From the IMG/VR virus record IMGVR_UViG_3300044568_002423: a DNA stretch of 64,000 nt; one strand, 5' to 3'. Source of the stretch: a virus. The position numbers and the translations under genes are program-made. Below are positions 1-11,094 of the stretch, piece after piece. The number at the start of each line of letters is the position of its first letter. Position 1 is the stretch's first letter. Below the pieces are notes generated by a model. The model was not told where the DNA came from. It ran no database searches and worked only from the letters and a program-made list of their open reading frames with translations.

Positions 1-5
1 CTTAT

Positions 6-3000
6 TTATCTTTGGTTGAAGAACATCAAAGCTACTGGAGCTCCATCAATTCCGCCTGTGAAATACATCTTGGATGATACCACTATCGCCGATCCGGTAG
101 TATTTTGAATAGTATTACCTGCGATATATATCTGTCCTGCTGTCAATGTATTTACGTTTAATGCGCTAGCACCACCACCAATTTGAGATGTGATAAATGA
201 TTTGATAGCTTTTTGTGTTGGTACTATATTGTCACTGTTAGCGGTGAAATATGGGTCTGTACTAAATTGTGTAATAGTAGCACTACCTACTCCTAAACTC
301 ACTGAGCCTAATGTCAAACTTTGTAAACCTGACAGATTAAACGCACTAGCATTCAATGTTGCCGTACCGGTAGATTGTTGAACACCAAATAAGTTTCCAA
401 CGTTAAAGTTACCGTCTTGGTCAGTACTGGTAAAGAATACTCGTCCACCACCAGTAGATAATTGTTGACTAGCTTGGATGGCTTTTGTCGCATCAACGTT
501 TGGATAGTCGGTTGCTGTTTGATTTCCAGTACCTATATAGAGGAAATCGTGACCAGTTAACCGAACTTGACTATAATTTAAATTAGTAGTAATCAATGTT
601 CCATGCGGAGGAGCTAACAAAGTAGATAATCCAGGATTTAATTGGAATGTTGCAGTATAATTACCAGGAATTCCTAGAATATTTGATACAGCAACTAACT
701 TATACCAGCTTGCGCTACCAGAAATAGTACTAAACACTATATTCGCACCCGGTGTTGGTAAACTATACAAATTAGCAACGTTTATAAATGTACCAGGTTG
801 ATATAATTCTGAATATCCATCACCAGTTACCGTAGCAGTAGCCGTTGCGTTTGCTGTTCCGCGATTACTAAAACTAGGATTACCCAACGCTCCATTGCCT
901 ATACGTGCTATTACAGGAGCGGTATTAACTCTGTTTGGATCGACTTGTGTAATAATTGGACTAGCAAAGTATGTCATGCCAGAAATAGATACACTAGTTA
1001 AATCTAATGCAGTTCCACCAGACGTTGCTGATATTTGAAATTGAGTAGAGGTAATACTTCCACTTACCACATAGTAATATATCCCAGTAGTAATTCCACC
1101 AGCACTAGTTCCATTGAATATTATAGGTTGATTAGCTATTAAATTAGCAGTAGTATCAACGGTTATCAATTTAGTACCAGTAGTTGTAGCACTAACGTTG
1201 CCACGTGGGAAACCATTGCCTGGTTCAACCATTCTAACTTCTGTTACTTTATTACCTATAACCTTAATACGTCCCAATGGTTTGGCACCAGTCGCTATAC
1301 TGGCTGCTATTGTTCCACTTGTAGTAGATATAGCCACCCAAGTTGGTACAGCCCCAAGAGTAGTTGATTTTGGATTTCCAAAAGCAACTGATTTCCATCC
1401 AGTAGTAGCAGGCATTGTTTGTACGACCCAGTTTACACCATCCCAACTTGTTGCGCACACATTAGTAGCGGAAGCAATTGCGTAGAATAACCCATCGCCA
1501 TAAGAAATCTTAACCCATGTCAAACTACTTGAAAGACCAGCATTTAAGGATTGCATCCATGATGTTGCTAAATCATAACTGTAAGCAATGGTACCATTAG
1601 CAGCCAATGCGACAAAACGACCATTTCCATATGCTACACTTGCCCAAACAGTAGAAACCGGTAATACTCCGCCAACTGTCCAAGTTGTTCCGTTAGTAGT
1701 GTATGATGTTGCCGTTCCACTAGTTGCTGGAACAGCGACAAAATAACCATTTCCGTATGCGACTGCCGCATACGTTACCGAACCAGTAATTGGACTAGAT
1801 ACCCAACTTGCTGTACTTGGATTGCCGGATAATTTAACAGCACTTGGTGTTGTAGAAGTACCACCAACCGCAATATAAATATTATTACCATATGCCAAAC
1901 CATTAAGATTTGTTAAAGCAGTATTGCTAAATGTTGATACCCATGCGGAACCTAACGCAGTTGGTAATTGATAAGCAGCAGCATTTGAAGCACTAGAAAT
2001 TGCCACGAATGCGGATTGCGGATCAGTAATAGTTATGGTTGGAACCGCTGTATATCCATAACCACTAGTAGTAACAGCAATGCTACTAACACCATAATTT
2101 GTTACAGTGGCGGTACATACCGGCAATGTTCCAGAATAAGTCAGTGATACCGTACCATTTGTACTAGTACCACTAGTAAATATTGGACCAGTTGTAGTAA
2201 ATGTACCAACATTAGTTGCTAGATAGTAGTTTCTTATTGTAGAAATATTATCAAAATAATAGTATGTACCAATTACTGATGTTCCGCCATTTGTCCATGC
2301 CACTGCCGTAAACGGAGGGGAAATAGTAACAGTTGGTAGGGAGAAATAATTTTTACCCCATGTATCAACAGACACGCTAGATAGTGAAGTGGTAACAACT
2401 GAAACAGTTGCGCCATTTCCATAACCACCACCATTTATATCCATCGTTACAGTTTTTATAACTCCATTAAGTACAGTACATGTTGCCGCAGCGCCAGAAC
2501 CACCACTAACTGGTGTTACAACTATAGTTGGTGGAGTTAGATAATTATACCCACCAGAAACAATAGTTATACCAATCACCTGACCGGCACTTGTTCCCGT
2601 GCCAATAATGGCAGTCATTACCGCACCAGTACCACCAAATCCACCGATGTTTGCTGTAGCGGTAGCATTACTTCCACCACCATAAACTACATTATTCCAT
2701 GTTGTACTAGCTGGTAATATACCACCAGTAGTCCATGTAGTACCATTTGTGCTATATGAGGTAACGTTTGAACCAGCTGCTACCGAGACAAAGTTGCCCT
2801 GTCCATAAGTAACTCCACCCCAAGTTGCAGTAGCGGATAATGTTCTAGAAGTTGAAGTAAATCCAGGACTTGTGTATGAAATTGATGGTTCAATTATATA
2901 ACTGGAAGTCAAATCCATGCTATTAGAAACTGCATATCCAGGAATGACATGATCCCATCCAGCCGCATATGTTGGTACGCTTATAGTTCCAGTTATAGTT

Positions 3001-6000
3001 GTACTAGAAACTGATTGACTATTACTGACAGTCCAAGTAGAACCACTTCCAGAACCACTGATATTTGCAGTAATGTAAGTATTAGCAGATACATTAGTAC
3101 CGGTTAATAATTGACCAATAGTAATCGTACCTGAACTCAAAGTACCAACTGTCAACGTAGTCGCAAGAATAGTTGATGATGCCATAACAGCAGGTGTTGC
3201 GCTAACCGCAGTCAGAGTCGATACCCCGCCACCACTAGAAGTCGACACCGAAAATGCCGTAGTGGTAAAGTTAGTAGCACTGACATAATACAATGTTGAA
3301 GTGGTTAATCCAGCTACATTTGCCGCTAAGTAAATTGGCATATTGGCATATAATGTCGCAGTACTCGCTACTGTAAATGCCGTAGTGGTACTAGCAGTAA
3401 TAATTAATGGAACAAAATTAGGTTTATACACCAACATAATTTTGGTACCACTATTATAACTTAAAATACTTGCGTATTGACCAACGCCCGTTCCAGCAAG
3501 TAGTTGAATTCTCATACCAACATACGCAGAAGACAATGCGATATCTGTATTGGCAATTGTTATTTGACCAATTGAGCCAGCTTGCGCAGAGTTTGTAGCT
3601 GTCAAATAATTACTTCCACCAGTTCCCAATCCATCATTTAAATCTATTAAGCGAGTTTCAAATACAGCAGCATCACGTAATTCATCACCAACCGCAATTG
3701 CGTTATAACCAGAACCACTGATGTTTGGTAACACATTAGTATATGCGTTTCCTGCGTTTTGATATTCTATTCGTAATATTTGGTTAGCACCATCAGTGAC
3801 AACATTAGTAATATATGCTTGATTTGCTCTATTATTTACAGTAGCATAAATTGGTGCTTCATATGAATCAATACCTTCGGCAATTACACCGTATGTTCCG
3901 TATGAACTATTACCATTAGTAGCCCGTATACGTCCACCCAACTCAGCAAGATATCCAGTATAGCCGTAATATGAGAATACAGATACCAATTCAGTCAATG
4001 AATTAGTACCAGTGCACCATACGCCAATTCCGTCACTTAAAACCTGAGTAAAGTCATTGGCCACAATAGATCTATTACCGCCATCATGAAGAGAAGAATC
4101 AACTTTCAAACCAACACACCCACTACCAAAAGTTGTAATATTTTGTACATAGCAACTTCTTACACTTGCCCATGAATTACTATCGTTTGGACCAAACCCT
4201 GGATCAAGACTCACATATGCGCCAGCAGTAGGTCGACGAGTACCGTAACTATTTGGAATAGACAAACTTCCAGCCAACCCATTTAGTGTCATGTTTCTAA
4301 GTCCAGTACCATTTCTTACATGGAACATATTATTTGCTTGTGAACCACTTTGGGCAGAAATATATAACTGAGCAGCTCGTAATGATTTGTAATTACCAGT
4401 CCAGCTTAAATCATATATCAATCCTTCTAAGTACAATGTTGCATCACGTACCGCTTTAGAGAAAATATAATAGTAGGTTACAGTTGCTGTACCACTACTA
4501 GTTGATAAAGAAGATGGTACTTGTGTGCCAGTTCCAGCTTGTGTTACCGTCATGGTAAAAGTAGTTGAACTTGGAACGGTTAATACAAAGTATTGCGTAT
4601 TAGCAACGATGTTACCAAATGTAGTGCCACTAAAAATAATTGGATCACCAATTGATAAGTTATGTGCATATTCGGTTGTTACTATATTTGTAGTAATAGT
4701 CGTATTAGTAACAGTACCACCAAATATAGTACCTACATATGCAGACATCTCATTTGCTAAGAATGGGATGTTTTTACGTAATATTTCACCGCCTTGTTGA
4801 GTAGATAATGTATTGTTATATGTTAATGTGCCATTAACAGCAGTAACAGTTAACCCCTGTTGAGTACTAATACCAGCAGTTACACCAGCAGCTAATCCAG
4901 TTAAACTATTAGTAATAACCAAAGTAGCGTTGCTTCTAAATTTGGAAGTTACTGTCAAGGCAGTAGCGCTTGATATTGAGTTAATCCAATATGTATTTCC
5001 AGAAACCAATCCACCAGCAGTATTAGCAGTTAATGTCATAGTACCAGAACCAACTGTTACAGTTTTTACTGTACCTCCTAATGTATTACTGATTGTTATA
5101 GTGCCTCCAACTCCTGGAGTTGGTATAGTTTTAACATAATATATTTGGTTAAATACCAATCCACCAAATGTCACACCGGTAAACCATACTTGTTGTCCAA
5201 TCACCAACCCAACAGTAGTCGCTACGGTAATAAGGCTTCCAGAAACAGTAGTTGCGGTAGCCGTTGTAGTGATATTAGCAGGAAGACTACTGAATACAAC
5301 CGGCATGTCAACTGACAGCCCAACCGTTGTATTTACAGTTATCAAATTAGTGCTAGTAGTTACTGCAGTAACTGGTATTATCACACTACTACCAGTTATA
5401 GTAGTTGTTAGTCCAAGACCTCCATATATACCATATATAGTAGCAGTCATAACTCCAATAACTGTTGAGGTTATTGGAAAGACACTTCCATTAAATGATG
5501 TGCTTACTGTTATTTGTGTACTGTTTACAACACCACTTACATAATAGGCACCAGCTGATAAATTACCGATTCCACCACCAGAAAATGTTATTTGTAGCCC
5601 AGGGACGATACCACTAGTAGTTCCTAATGTGATATAGTTTGTTCCAGTTGTTACTTTTGAAGCAGTAGTGGTGATAGAACTAACTTCTTGGCTATAATTC
5701 AATAACCAACTTGTTCCACTTCCTGATATAATTTGTACACCAGAAACAATACCAACTCCACTTAGTTTCATCCCTACAGTAATAGTACCACTAGTAACAC
5801 TATTGACTGTCAAAATTGTTCCAGTTATAGAACCATTAAATAATGCAGATACACTAGGTTGGCCATTGATATTAGCAATCATGTCATCAATAGTAGTTTG
5901 AACCTGTGCTGAGCTTCCACTAGCGGCAATTTGTTTAACTTTACTTCCTATAAAACCAATAGAACCGTAAGTTGAATCAGCAAATAGTGATTTTAATGTA

Positions 6001-9000
6001 ATTACAGATGGTATTATTCTATTGTATGCGCGTCCAGAAATGATAGAGTAGAAATTACTATCAAGTAATATATCATAACTCAATGCGGTGACGATATATC
6101 CAGCATCTCTATTTGTTAAAGGTAAGCTAGGACTTTGATTTTGGTAAAAACGAGTAACCCATGATTGAGCATCATTTTGTATTTCCGTAGTGCGAGCTTG
6201 TATGGCATCAAAAGCAGCTTGTTTGTTACCATTAACCAGAGAATAAGCACCAGATACAACAGGTGTTATTGTAAATGTACCAGTAATTCTGGTAGCTGTT
6301 GATACTGTTTGACTTTTACTTACAGTCCAGCTTGTCCCACTTCCTGCTGTTAAATATGTACCAGGAGCGATTCCTGCAGTGGCGACCATTTTTCCAGTAG
6401 CGGTGGTTAAAATAGGACTAGTAGTAGTACCAAAGTTATATAGAGTAACAGTACTTCCAACAATAGTATCAATGACATAAGATGTAGTAGTAAGACCGCC
6501 AAATATATCATATGTTCCATATCCATATGGTTTACTAAATGTAAGTATCATTCCAGATACCAATCCAGTAACCGATGCCAATGTAACAACATTTGTTGTA
6601 GCAGTAGTATTGGTAACATATGTGCTTAAAGTAGTACCAGTGATACATTGACCAATCGCCAATCCAGTTCCACTACTGACAGTTAAGGTTGTTCCGGTAA
6701 TAGTTCCACTAGTTGTTCCAGTTGAAGTATTTTGAAAACTATTGTTTAACCAATATAAAATATCAGCAATACGTGCTTGAGCAAATGACGCAGCTATAGC
6801 AGTTCCAGCAGTAGCAGATACATCCTGTATTGTTGTATTTCCAGCACTTGGAGTAACTCCAGTAGTTTGGATAATTTGTCCAATTATCACACTTAATCTA
6901 TTTAATGCCGCCAATACGCCAGGTAGGTAAGTCGGTACAATCAAGGCAGTATTCAAACTATAATAAGAACGGCCAGAAATCAATGATTGATCGTTACAGC
7001 CATATGTCATATCATATCGAATAGCATCCAATATATCACTTAAATCACGAATAGTTTCAGCTTGATATGTTGCACCATATGCCGACCATGCTGGGTTTGT
7101 CAATGTGTTGTTTAAATAATTTACAATTTCATCTTTTATAAATTGATAGTTGTTAACTATTTGAGTAACGCCGTCACCATAACCAATTAACCAAGATGTA
7201 TTATATCCCGGCAAGGTTGGCATAACAAAAGCAGGCGCTTGGATGGTACCGTTTACTAACATATCTTGTATAATAGCAGTATTATCAATCACTTGATTAA
7301 CTGCAGAAATGGAGCCTAAATCACCAGTTGATGTTTGTTTAGCAGTAAAATTAGCAGCAGTTGAAGAAACCATATAACTAATATAATTTATAGATTGTTC
7401 AGTTGCGCCTAACTCTGGACCAGTTACTAATGCTTCTGCTGATGCGTTATTACGATAATATGCACGACCAGAAATCATACTATAATAAGTTGCCCCTAAT
7501 AACATATCAGAAGATAATGCGTCAGTTATAGTACCGGCATCTCGATAAGTTAATGTGCTACTTATATTCAATGTTGGATAAGTCATAGCAACCCAATTCG
7601 TTATAGTAGTTTGAATACGTGGCTTATCAATCAATATGTTTGTGTATGCGCGAACTTTATCAGCATTTACCCAAGTTGAGCAAAATGGGATAGTGGCATT
7701 AGCTGTTGCATTATTGATCCAATCAATTATATCTTGTACTCTAGCTTGGGCAAAAACACCAGCGAAGGCGGAACCGGGTGTACCGGCAATTACTTGTGAT
7801 GCCGTATAGCCACTAGATTTTGTCCATCCTGCAGTATTGGCAACTATAATGTTGTCAATTATATCTTTAAGACGGGTAAGAGCGGCAACAGTTGCAACTA
7901 GTATAGAACCAGAAACTTGTAATACTCCTTGTGTATAATAGCTATCACCATCTTTAAGACTTTGTGTATTTCCACCGTATGTCATATCATATACCACAGA
8001 ATCAATGGCATAACTAATATCACGTAATGATTGCCCTTTTTGGGTAGCTGTCAGTCCAGACCAGCTAAATCCACCGCCGGTATATCCAGTTAAATACCCA
8101 CCTATTTCTGTTTGTAAGAATGTACGATTTTGTAAAAGTTGAGCAACGCCATCACCATAACCAGCACTGTTACCACTTGTATTACCAACACAACCATATG
8201 CAACATGAGTCAATGTTGAAGTATTATATCCAGTTGGTGTCGATAAGGTATAGGTTCCAGCATTTGGTACAGTTACAGTTTCGGCAGTTAATACTATAGA
8301 GGTAGTACCAGCACCAGGAAGCTCAGCTAATCCACCACTTAAAATTGTTTGAATAGTAGCAGTATTGGTAATAACAGACTGAGTAGCAGTTGAATAAGTT
8401 GGTGAACCTAAAAATGCTTGCGAATATGTATTTCCAGGTGTTTTTGTCACAGGTGCGTTAGCCAATATAGCAGGAACCAATGATTGAAGTCGTTTTATCG
8501 CAGAAATAGTTTTTGGTTTATCATTGACCAAATTTGAAACGGCTCTAGAAGCTTGAATTATAGTACTACGTAATTCATCACCAAGTATGGCAGTATCCAA
8601 TGGTACAACAATAGGAGTAAATTCATTGTATGTTCCAGTTTTTACATATATTGAAGCATGTGGTCTAGCTAAATCAGGAATACTCGCATATGTACCAGCA
8701 AGTAACGCATCTTTAATAATGTCACATAGAGTCGTTGAAATTGTCAACGCAGTTGTTTCACTAGTATAGTCGGTATTAATTATCTGTAATGCTTGTGAAC
8801 TAGCAGTAACTCCATTTAGTGTTTGATAATTGCTAGCAGGTGCGGAATTATTACATATACTTGGTATTAAGTAAGTTTCTAAATATGCAAGTCCTGCTAC
8901 AAATTGTGGCAATTCATATAAAAAAGTAGTCGTAATAAAACTAGTTATTGTTGAAAAAAATGATAAAGTTTTTGTACGAGTTTTAAAGTTACCACCATGT

Positions 9001-11039
9001 GTTAAGTCAAAAATTACAGAATCTAAAATTGTTGAAGTATGTTGTTCAGCGTATCTATTATCATATGAGAAAGAAGCATTCATATCAACACCACTGCTAG
9101 ATAGGCCAAATATTACGCCACCAGACTGAGAAGTACTAATTGTAAATGATGTTAAATCTGGTATAGAATACACATAATATGTCGTACCTGCTACAACTCC
9201 CCCAGTAGTTCCATCAAAAACGATAGGCATTCCTAAATTCATTGTTGCAGTCGAGGCAGTTGTAAATACACTACCGGAACTAGAACTTGCAGTTATCAAA
9301 TATGAATAGTTGTAAATAATATAATTATTAACTTCCTTGATTACAAATTCTTTATTCATTTGTAATAATGTACCGGCATTAGTATTTAAATAACCTTCTT
9401 CTATTTGGCGAGATGCAAATAAAACAGAAGCCCAAGGTTTATCAAGAGAAAGACCCTGTCCATTACCAACAAAATCAGCACCATCTGGTGAAACATATAC
9501 TATATTTTCTAATATGCCATAATATGACCATGATGGAACATTATTATTAACACGTAAAACTTGTCCATCCGTACCAATTGGTAAACGTTGTGGACCATTT
9601 TCTCCATAATAAACAATGTCGCCAGTTGTTGTTAAAACGCCACTATCTGCGCCATTTGCTAATAAATTCCAGTATTCACCTGTTGTATCTGCAATTGGAT
9701 TGCTTAATGTCGCACCAACATGTGAACTAACACATATATAACTACTAACACCATAATAAACAGCATCACCAGGTAGATAGACGGTACCCTCCGCCCAAGT
9801 AACTGAATTACCAGCTGCTGAAATACTAATTATGCTTCCAGCAGTGGCGTTCGTTACTAAAATATATAAATCATTAACAGGACTAACTCCGCCCAAATCA
9901 GTACCTAATATCTTTATTGTATCATTGGTGGCATAATCGTCACCTTCTGAACCAGTATGTATTGATACTGTATAGGTCGTATTGGTACTAATAATATCAA
10001 ATGTCGCACCAGTACCTATACCAATTACATTGGTGCCAGATATATCAGAGAAATTACCAGTAGTGGCATTCCATCGTATGCCAGAATTTAATTTTGTCCA
10101 TGCAGTACCTGGAGGAACATCATTAGTGTTATCTGCCGAAGCTACATAGGTGTAACTACCACGAGATACAACATTGCCTATTTTATAAGCAGTAGAGGAT
10201 AACCATTCACCAGCAAAATTAATGCCTGATGTAAATATTGACCAATCAGCAGTAGAAGTTGATGGCAGTTGGGCGATATTATCTCTAATAGCAGTATAGG
10301 TATAACCACCATATGTTACTATGTCACCATTTTGATACGATGTACCAGCCGACCATGAGCCTTCGAATTCAAAACCATTAACAAATATATCAAATTTAGT
10401 AATGTCAATTGTCACACCAGTAGAACTATGTGCAGTTGTACAAATCCACAAATCTGCTCCATATTTTACCACATCATTTAACCGATAATGAACAGACGAC
10501 CCACTCCATAATCCCAGATAAGAAATGCCATTGGTGAAAGTATCCCAATTTTCTAAGTCGGTTTCTAATAGACTAGAGGAAATATGAGCGGCATTACACA
10601 CATATGAAATACCACCATAATAGACCAAATCACGTTCTTTGTACCGTGTAGCTGCGTCCCATTCTCCCTGCCAGCTAAAATTAGCAGCAAATGAATCCCA
10701 ACTTGATTGATTATTTTCTAAACCGAGATAAGTAGGTGTCTCATAGGTAGCGGATGTGTGTGCAGTTTTACAGATATAAACTATTCCACCCCATAATACC
10801 ATATCTCCAAGATTATAGTATGTTGTAGCTGTCCAGGCGTTACGCCATTTTGTACCATCTGCCATTAAATTCCATTTAGTAGCAAGGTCTGTAGCAAATA
10901 ATGATGATGAAGTATTAGGTTGTATACAAATATAAGTTTTTCCGCCGTTAGTAACTACGTCATCAATCACATATGAGGTACTTGCTGCCCATGTTCCTTG
11001 ATATACAAACTTAATTCTACCTAGTTTAAATTCTGCCAT
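6..11039 (-). CDS. Giant modular virion structural/fibre protein (3677 aa)
   Basis: N-terminal W-x4-Y-x3-D-x-V-x2-GG-x-Y-x-C repeats (CBM5/12-like). Also helical RD..Y..D...YD...GGN repeats, a beta-helix-like block, Thr/Gly/Ser-rich beta modules, propeller-like W...AYGNG.FVA repeats, and a C-terminal GGRVFFTSTDQDGNF block shared with the adjacent paralog. AAGGA RBS and ATAAATA upstream. Confidence 0.8.
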   Translation of the reverse strand: MAEFKLGRIKFVYQGTWAASTSYVIDDVVTNGGKTYICIQPNTSSSLFATDLATKWNLMADGTKWRNAWTATTYYNLGDMVLWGGIVYICKTAHTSATYETPTYLGLENNQSSWDSFAANFSWQGEWDAATRYKERDLVYYGGISYVCNAAHISSSLLETDLENWDTFTNGISYLGLWSGSSVHYRLNDVVKYGADLWICTTAHSSTGVTIDITKFDIFVNGFEFEGSWSAGTSYQNGDIVTYGGYTYTAIRDNIAQLPSTSTADWSIFTSGINFAGEWLSSTAYKIGNVVSRGSYTYVASADNTNDVPPGTAWTKLNSGIRWNATTGNFSDISGTNVIGIGTGATFDIISTNTTYTVSIHTGSEGDDYATNDTIKILGTDLGGVSPVNDLYILVTNATAGSIISISAAGNSVTWAEGTVYLPGDAVYYGVSSYICVSSHVGATLSNPIADTTGEYWNLLANGADSGVLTTTGDIVYYGENGPQRLPIGTDGQVLRVNNNVPSWSYYGILENIVYVSPDGADFVGNGQGLSLDKPWASVLFASRQIEEGYLNTNAGTLLQMNKEFVIKEVNNYIIYNYSYLITASSSSGSVFTTASTATMNLGMPIVFDGTTGGVVAGTTYYVYSIPDLTSFTISTSQSGGVIFGLSSSGVDMNASFSYDNRYAEQHTSTILDSVIFDLTHGGNFKTRTKTLSFFSTITSFITTTFLYELPQFVAGLAYLETYLIPSICNNSAPASNYQTLNGVTASSQALQIINTDYTSETTALTISTTLCDIIKDALLAGTYASIPDLARPHASIYVKTGTYNEFTPIVVPLDTAILGDELRSTIIQASRAVSNLVNDKPKTISAIKRLQSLVPAILANAPVTKTPGNTYSQAFLGSPTYSTATQSVITNTATIQTILSGGLAELPGAGTTSIVLTAETVTVPNAGTYTLSTPTGYNTSTLTHVAYGCVGNTSGNSAGYGDGVAQLLQNRTFLQTEIGGYLTGYTGGGFSWSGLTATQKGQSLRDISYAIDSVVYDMTYGGNTQSLKDGDSYYTQGVLQVSGSILVATVAALTRLKDIIDNIIVANTAGWTKSSGYTASQVIAGTPGSAFAGVFAQARVQDIIDWINNATANATIPFCSTWVNADKVRAYTNILIDKPRIQTTITNWVAMTYPTLNISSTLTYRDAGTITDALSSDMLLGATYYSMISGRAYYRNNASAEALVTGPELGATEQSINYISYMVSSTAANFTAKQTSTGDLGSISAVNQVIDNTAIIQDMLVNGTIQAPAFVMPTLPGYNTSWLIGYGDGVTQIVNNYQFIKDEIVNYLNNTLTNPAWSAYGATYQAETIRDLSDILDAIRYDMTYGCNDQSLISGRSYYSLNTALIVPTYLPGVLAALNRLSVIIGQIIQTTGVTPSAGNTTIQDVSATAGTAIAASFAQARIADILYWLNNSFQNTSTGTTSGTITGTTLTVSSGTGLAIGQCITGTTLSTYVTNTTATTNVVTLASVTGLVSGMILTFSKPYGYGTYDIFGGLTTTSYVIDTIVGSTVTLYNFGTTTSPILTTATGKMVATAGIAPGTYLTAGSGTSWTVSKSQTVSTATRITGTFTITPVVSGAYSLVNGNKQAAFDAIQARTTEIQNDAQSWVTRFYQNQSPSLPLTNRDAGYIVTALSYDILLDSNFYSIISGRAYNRIIPSVITLKSLFADSTYGSIGFIGSKVKQIAASGSSAQVQTTIDDMIANINGQPSVSALFNGSITGTILTVNSVTSGTITVGMKLSGVGIVSGVQIISGSGTSWLLNYSQEVSSITTTASKVTTGTNYITLGTTSGIVPGLQITFSGGGIGNLSAGAYYVSGVVNSTQITVSTSFNGSVFPITSTVIGVMTATIYGIYGGLGLTTTITGSSVIIPVTAVTTSTNLITVNTTVGLSVDMPVVFSSLPANITTTATATTVSGSLITVATTVGLVIGQQVWFTGVTFGGLVFNQIYYVKTIPTPGVGGTITISNTLGGTVKTVTVGSGTMTLTANTAGGLVSGNTYWINSISSATALTVTSKFRSNATLVITNSLTGLAAGVTAGISTQQGLTVTAVNGTLTYNNTLSTQQGGEILRKNIPFLANEMSAYVGTIFGGTVTNTTITTNIVTTEYAHNLSIGDPIIFSGTTFGNIVANTQYFVLTVPSSTTFTMTVTQAGTGTQVPSSLSTSSGTATVTYYYIFSKAVRDATLYLEGLIYDLSWTGNYKSLRAAQLYISAQSGSQANNMFHVRNGTGLRNMTLNGLAGSLSIPNSYGTRRPTAGAYVSLDPGFGPNDSNSWASVRSCYVQNITTFGSGCVGLKVDSSLHDGGNRSIVANDFTQVLSDGIGVWCTGTNSLTELVSVFSYYGYTGYLAELGGRIRATNGNSSYGTYGVIAEGIDSYEAPIYATVNNRANQAYITNVVTDGANQILRIEYQNAGNAYTNVLPNISGSGYNAIAVGDELRDAAVFETRLIDLNDGLGTGGSNYLTATNSAQAGSIGQITIANTDIALSSAYVGMRIQLLAGTGVGQYASILSYNSGTKIMLVYKPNFVPLIITASTTTAFTVASTATLYANMPIYLAANVAGLTTSTLYYVSATNFTTTAFSVSTSSGGGVSTLTAVSATPAVMASSTILATTLTVGTLSSGTITIGQLLTGTNVSANTYITANISGSGSGSTWTVSNSQSVSSTTITGTISVPTYAAGWDHVIPGYAVSNSMDLTSSYIIEPSISYTSPGFTSTSRTLSATATWGGVTYGQGNFVSVAAGSNVTSYSTNGTTWTTGGILPASTTWNNVVYGGGSNATATANIGGFGGTGAVMTAIIGTGTSAGQVIGITIVSGGYNYLTPPTIVVTPVSGGSGAAATCTVLNGVIKTVTMDINGGGYGNGATVSVVTTSLSSVSVDTWGKNYFSLPTVTISPPFTAVAWTNGGTSVIGTYYYFDNISTIRNYYLATNVGTFTTTGPIFTSGTSTNGTVSLTYSGTLPVCTATVTNYGVSSIAVTTSGYGYTAVPTITITDPQSAFVAISSASNAAAYQLPTALGSAWVSTFSNTALTNLNGLAYGNNIYIAVGGTSTTPSAVKLSGNPSTASWVSSPITGSVTYAAVAYGNGYFVAVPATSGTATSYTTNGTTWTVGGVLPVSTVWASVAYGNGRFVALAANGTIAYSYDLATSWMQSLNAGLSSSLTWVKISYGDGLFYAIASATNVCATSWDGVNWVVQTMPATTGWKSVAFGNPKSTTLGAVPTWVAISTTSGTIAASIATGAKPLGRIKVIGNKVTEVRMVEPGNGFPRGNVSATTTGTKLITVDTTANLIANQPIIFNGTSAGGITTGIYYYVVSGSITSTQFQISATSGGTALDLTSVSISGMTYFASPIITQVDPNRVNTAPVIARIGNGALGNPSFSNRGTANATATATVTGDGYSELYQPGTFINVANLYSLPTPGANIVFSTISGSASWYKLVAVSNILGIPGNYTATFQLNPGLSTLLAPPHGTLITTNLNYSQVRLTGHDFLYIGTGNQTATDYPNVDATKAIQASQQLSTGGGRVFFTSTDQDGNFNVGNLFGVQQSTGTATLNASAFNLSGLQSLTLGSVSLGVGSATITQFSTDPYFTANSDNIVPTQKAIKSFITSQIGGGASALNVNTLTAGQIYIAGNTIQNTTGSAIVVSSKMYFTGGIDGAPVALMFFNQR

Positions 11040-11076
11040 TTTGTTATGTTCCTTTAATAATTTTTCTTGTTATTTG

Positions 11077-11083
11077 TATTTAT
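11077..11083 (-). promoter_or_regulatory. Late promoter core ATAAATA
   Basis: In the 55-bp gap before the 3677-aa gene. Confidence 0.6.
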
Positions 11084-11094
11084 CAATTTTAATA

